From Mytilus edulis (lineage: Eukaryota): a stretch of DNA of 64,000 nucleotides. Made by a program: the position numbers and the translations under genes. The DNA lies in contig NC_092350.1 in NCBI RefSeq assembly GCF_963676685.1, positions 30,318,001 through 30,382,000 of the forward strand. Direction: 5' to 3'. Every line of letters begins with the position of its first letter. Positions within the stretch are counted from its first letter, which is position 1. Below, piece by piece: positions 62,020 to 64,000 of this stretch. The notes beneath the pieces are model-generated. The model had not been told where the DNA came from. It saw only the letters and a program-made list of their open reading frames with translations, and searched no databases.

Positions 62020-64000
62020 CTTTTTTTTTTTTTTTTTTTTTAACACTTGAATATAAATTTATTGCACTAAAGCTGTTAACAATGACCTTACCGCTACAGC
62101 TTTAACTGTAAGGTACCCTGAAATAGTTAGTATCTATAAGAACAGGGTTTCATATAGATAAGTATTTTTTTTCTTAAATTTTATATTAGTATATTACAAT
62201 TAAATACAATGTGTAATAATAATGTAATACAATTTAGTACCCTGATCTGAAATAAATGATATATTTTCCTTCTATACATGTAATCAAATTAAATAACGCC
62301 CATTTAATACTCTTATCCGAAATTGAATGTTTGGTGTCAATTATCTCGTTAAAAATTACATGATTTAAGAGTGTGTGACTTCGATTTTCTTGATCGGATG
62401 GTTTACCTTGTTTAAAGGTGAGAGAGAGCATGCTTTTTAATGGATGTATGTTGAATTAGGCTACTTTACTTCTTTTTATTTGGATTTTAAATATTTTAGG
62501 TGAGTCTTTTCTTTATTTTTATTTATTTAGTTAAAGTGTTCTAGAAATATCTTCTTTAAGAGTGTTTTATTTTGGAGAAATTAAAGTTTGAAGCACTTGG
62601 ACTGTAGTATATTCTTGTAGATTGTAGGATCTTAAGTATTCGTCCAGTTCAAATTTAAACAGATTGAATACATTAGTAGATTTATTTCTTTGATCGGATA
62701 CATAGTATGATTTGTAGATAGCAAATCCTATAAGTGTCAGAATTATATTGAATCCGATATACTCATTATCTGTTATTTTGTAGCCTATTACAATGTCTTT
62801 TAAGTTAATGTTTTTGTTAAAATTCATTTGAGATAAGATTTTATTAATGATTTCCCAAAATTCTTTTAGAAATTTACATTCGATAAAAAAGTGTTGATAC
62901 GTGTCTTTGAGTTGACAAAGTTGACAAAACGGACTAGTTACGATTTTCCATTTATAGAGATTTTCTCTATTCGGTAAAATGCAAGTTATTAGTTTCCACC
63001 TAAACATTTTAAGTTTATTAAGTTTTAAATGTTGGTGTATAAACTTAAACATATATTTGGTAAAGTCATAATTTATTTCTAATTCATTTTTCCATTTATT
63101 TATGCCAATGTTTGGAGAAATTTTTTTTTGAACGAGCAATTGATACACGTTTTTGTTGCTTAAATTTTCAATTTTAATGTTTTCTTTGTTTATATTGATA
63201 AATATTCTGTTAAAATTTACTTTTGATTTGATGGATTCTTCTGTAGCTAAAATTTTTAGCCATGAGGTTGGAATTGAGTTTTTTACTTTTGAAATTTCTG
63301 CTATCCAATTTTTAGTGTTTCGCAGTTTTCTAAATATTTTATCTTGGGCAATTTTTCCATTATCGTCAATAATATCGTTAATGTAAATAAAATCACTGTG
63401 TATCCAGTTATGCATAATAAGCGGCTTGTTTTGAAATTTTATAAATTTATTACCCCAGATAACTTGCTTTCTTATTTCGACAAAGTTTTTCAATTCTGTA
63501 ATGTTCGTTTCATGAAATAAAATCCAACTTTTTATTATTTCTAAGTAAAATTCTGGAATGTCCTTAGTTATGTAATCTAGTTTTTTTAAAGTTTGGTTGT
63601 TTAAATTCATTCTAAAAATGAGGAAATTAGAACCTAATTTACTTAAAAATAATTTTGGTATCAATGTCCAATTTTCTTGTTTTGCCTGTAGCAATCTTGA
63701 GACCCATCTTATTTGAAGAGAGGAGAAATAGCTTTTTATGTCGGTCATTTTAAGCCCTCCCTGGTTATAATCTGCTACCAAAGTATGTCTTTTAACTTTG
63801 TCTTTCTTATTGTTCCATATGAAACCAAAAATTTCTCTTTCTATATCAACTATTTTTGAGTTACTTAAAGCTGTAACATTTGCTAAAAAAAGTAAATTGT
63901 GGTATAATGAGAGTTTTAACTATTAGAATTTTGCCTAAAATGGTTAAGTTTCTTTTTTTCCACGATGTTATCAGGTTTCGACTCTTTTCAAATCTAGTAT
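62020..64000 (-). mobile_element. L1/Tx1-clade LINE, 3' part, continuing beyond the window
   Basis: ORF2 C-terminus SWKKRNLTILGKILIVKTLI...FIWN...GGLKM...zf-RVT (CQLC...HFFIEC). ~520-bp 3'UTR with AATAAA and a poly(A) tail (poly-T at ~62020-62041 on plus). Confidence 0.88.
62567..63781 (-). CDS. L1/Tx1 ORF2 C-terminal portion (post-RT region and zinc-binding domain)
   Basis: 404-aa track ORF. The frame extends upstream but has a +1 shift in the T7 run at 63885-63891. Confidence 0.8.
   Translation of the reverse strand: MVADYNQGGLKMTDIKSYFSSLQIRWVSRLLQAKQENWTLIPKLFLSKLGSNFLIFRMNLNNQTLKKLDYITKDIPEFYLEIIKSWILFHETNITELKNFVEIRKQVIWGNKFIKFQNKPLIMHNWIHSDFIYINDIIDDNGKIAQDKIFRKLRNTKNWIAEISKVKNSIPTSWLKILATEESIKSKVNFNRIFININKENIKIENLSNKNVYQLLVQKKISPNIGINKWKNELEINYDFTKYMFKFIHQHLKLNKLKMFRWKLITCILPNRENLYKWKIVTSPFCQLCQLKDTYQHFFIECKFLKEFWEIINKILSQMNFNKNINLKDIVIGYKITDNEYIGFNIILTLIGFAIYKSYYVSDQRNKSTNVFNLFKFELDEYLRSYNLQEYTTVQVLQTLISPK

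Overview
AT-rich eukaryotic genomic DNA with spliceosomal introns. The repeat families suggest a bivalve mollusc, probably Mytilus-like (inference). Four host genes can be built by hand. (1) A multi-exon minus-strand gene (~358-17782), absent from the ORF track except for one exon, encoding an unrecognised ~181-aa secreted, cationic, Cys-containing protein with an internal two-fold repeat. (2) A single-coding-exon GPR19-like GPCR (22168-23280, minus). (3) A 3-exon GNAT/YitH-like acetyltransferase (45521-49398, minus). (4) A 4-exon fatty-acid-binding protein gene (55458-59581, plus) whose upstream region and exons 1-2 are tandemly triplicated (3 x 1737 bp). The centre holds a 10.2-kb TA-flanked TIR element (31812-42006) enclosing a full-length CR1/L2-group LINE and a 260-bp satellite. 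The most notable observation is at this LINE's ORF1/ORF2 overlap: AAT TTT TTA GGG, the same U UUU UUA GGG context as the HIV-1 gag-pol slippery site, lies exactly where the -1 (ORF2) frame opens. This suggests programmed -1 ribosomal frameshifting to an ORF1-ORF2 fusion. The rest is tandem repeats (40, 68, 103, 260 bp), Kolobok/hAT-like MITEs, foldback elements, HINE-like elements, SINE and Penelope remnants, and the 3' end of an L1/Tx1 element. All calls were made by eye without database searches, and repeat boundaries are approximate unless a TIR or TSD is given.
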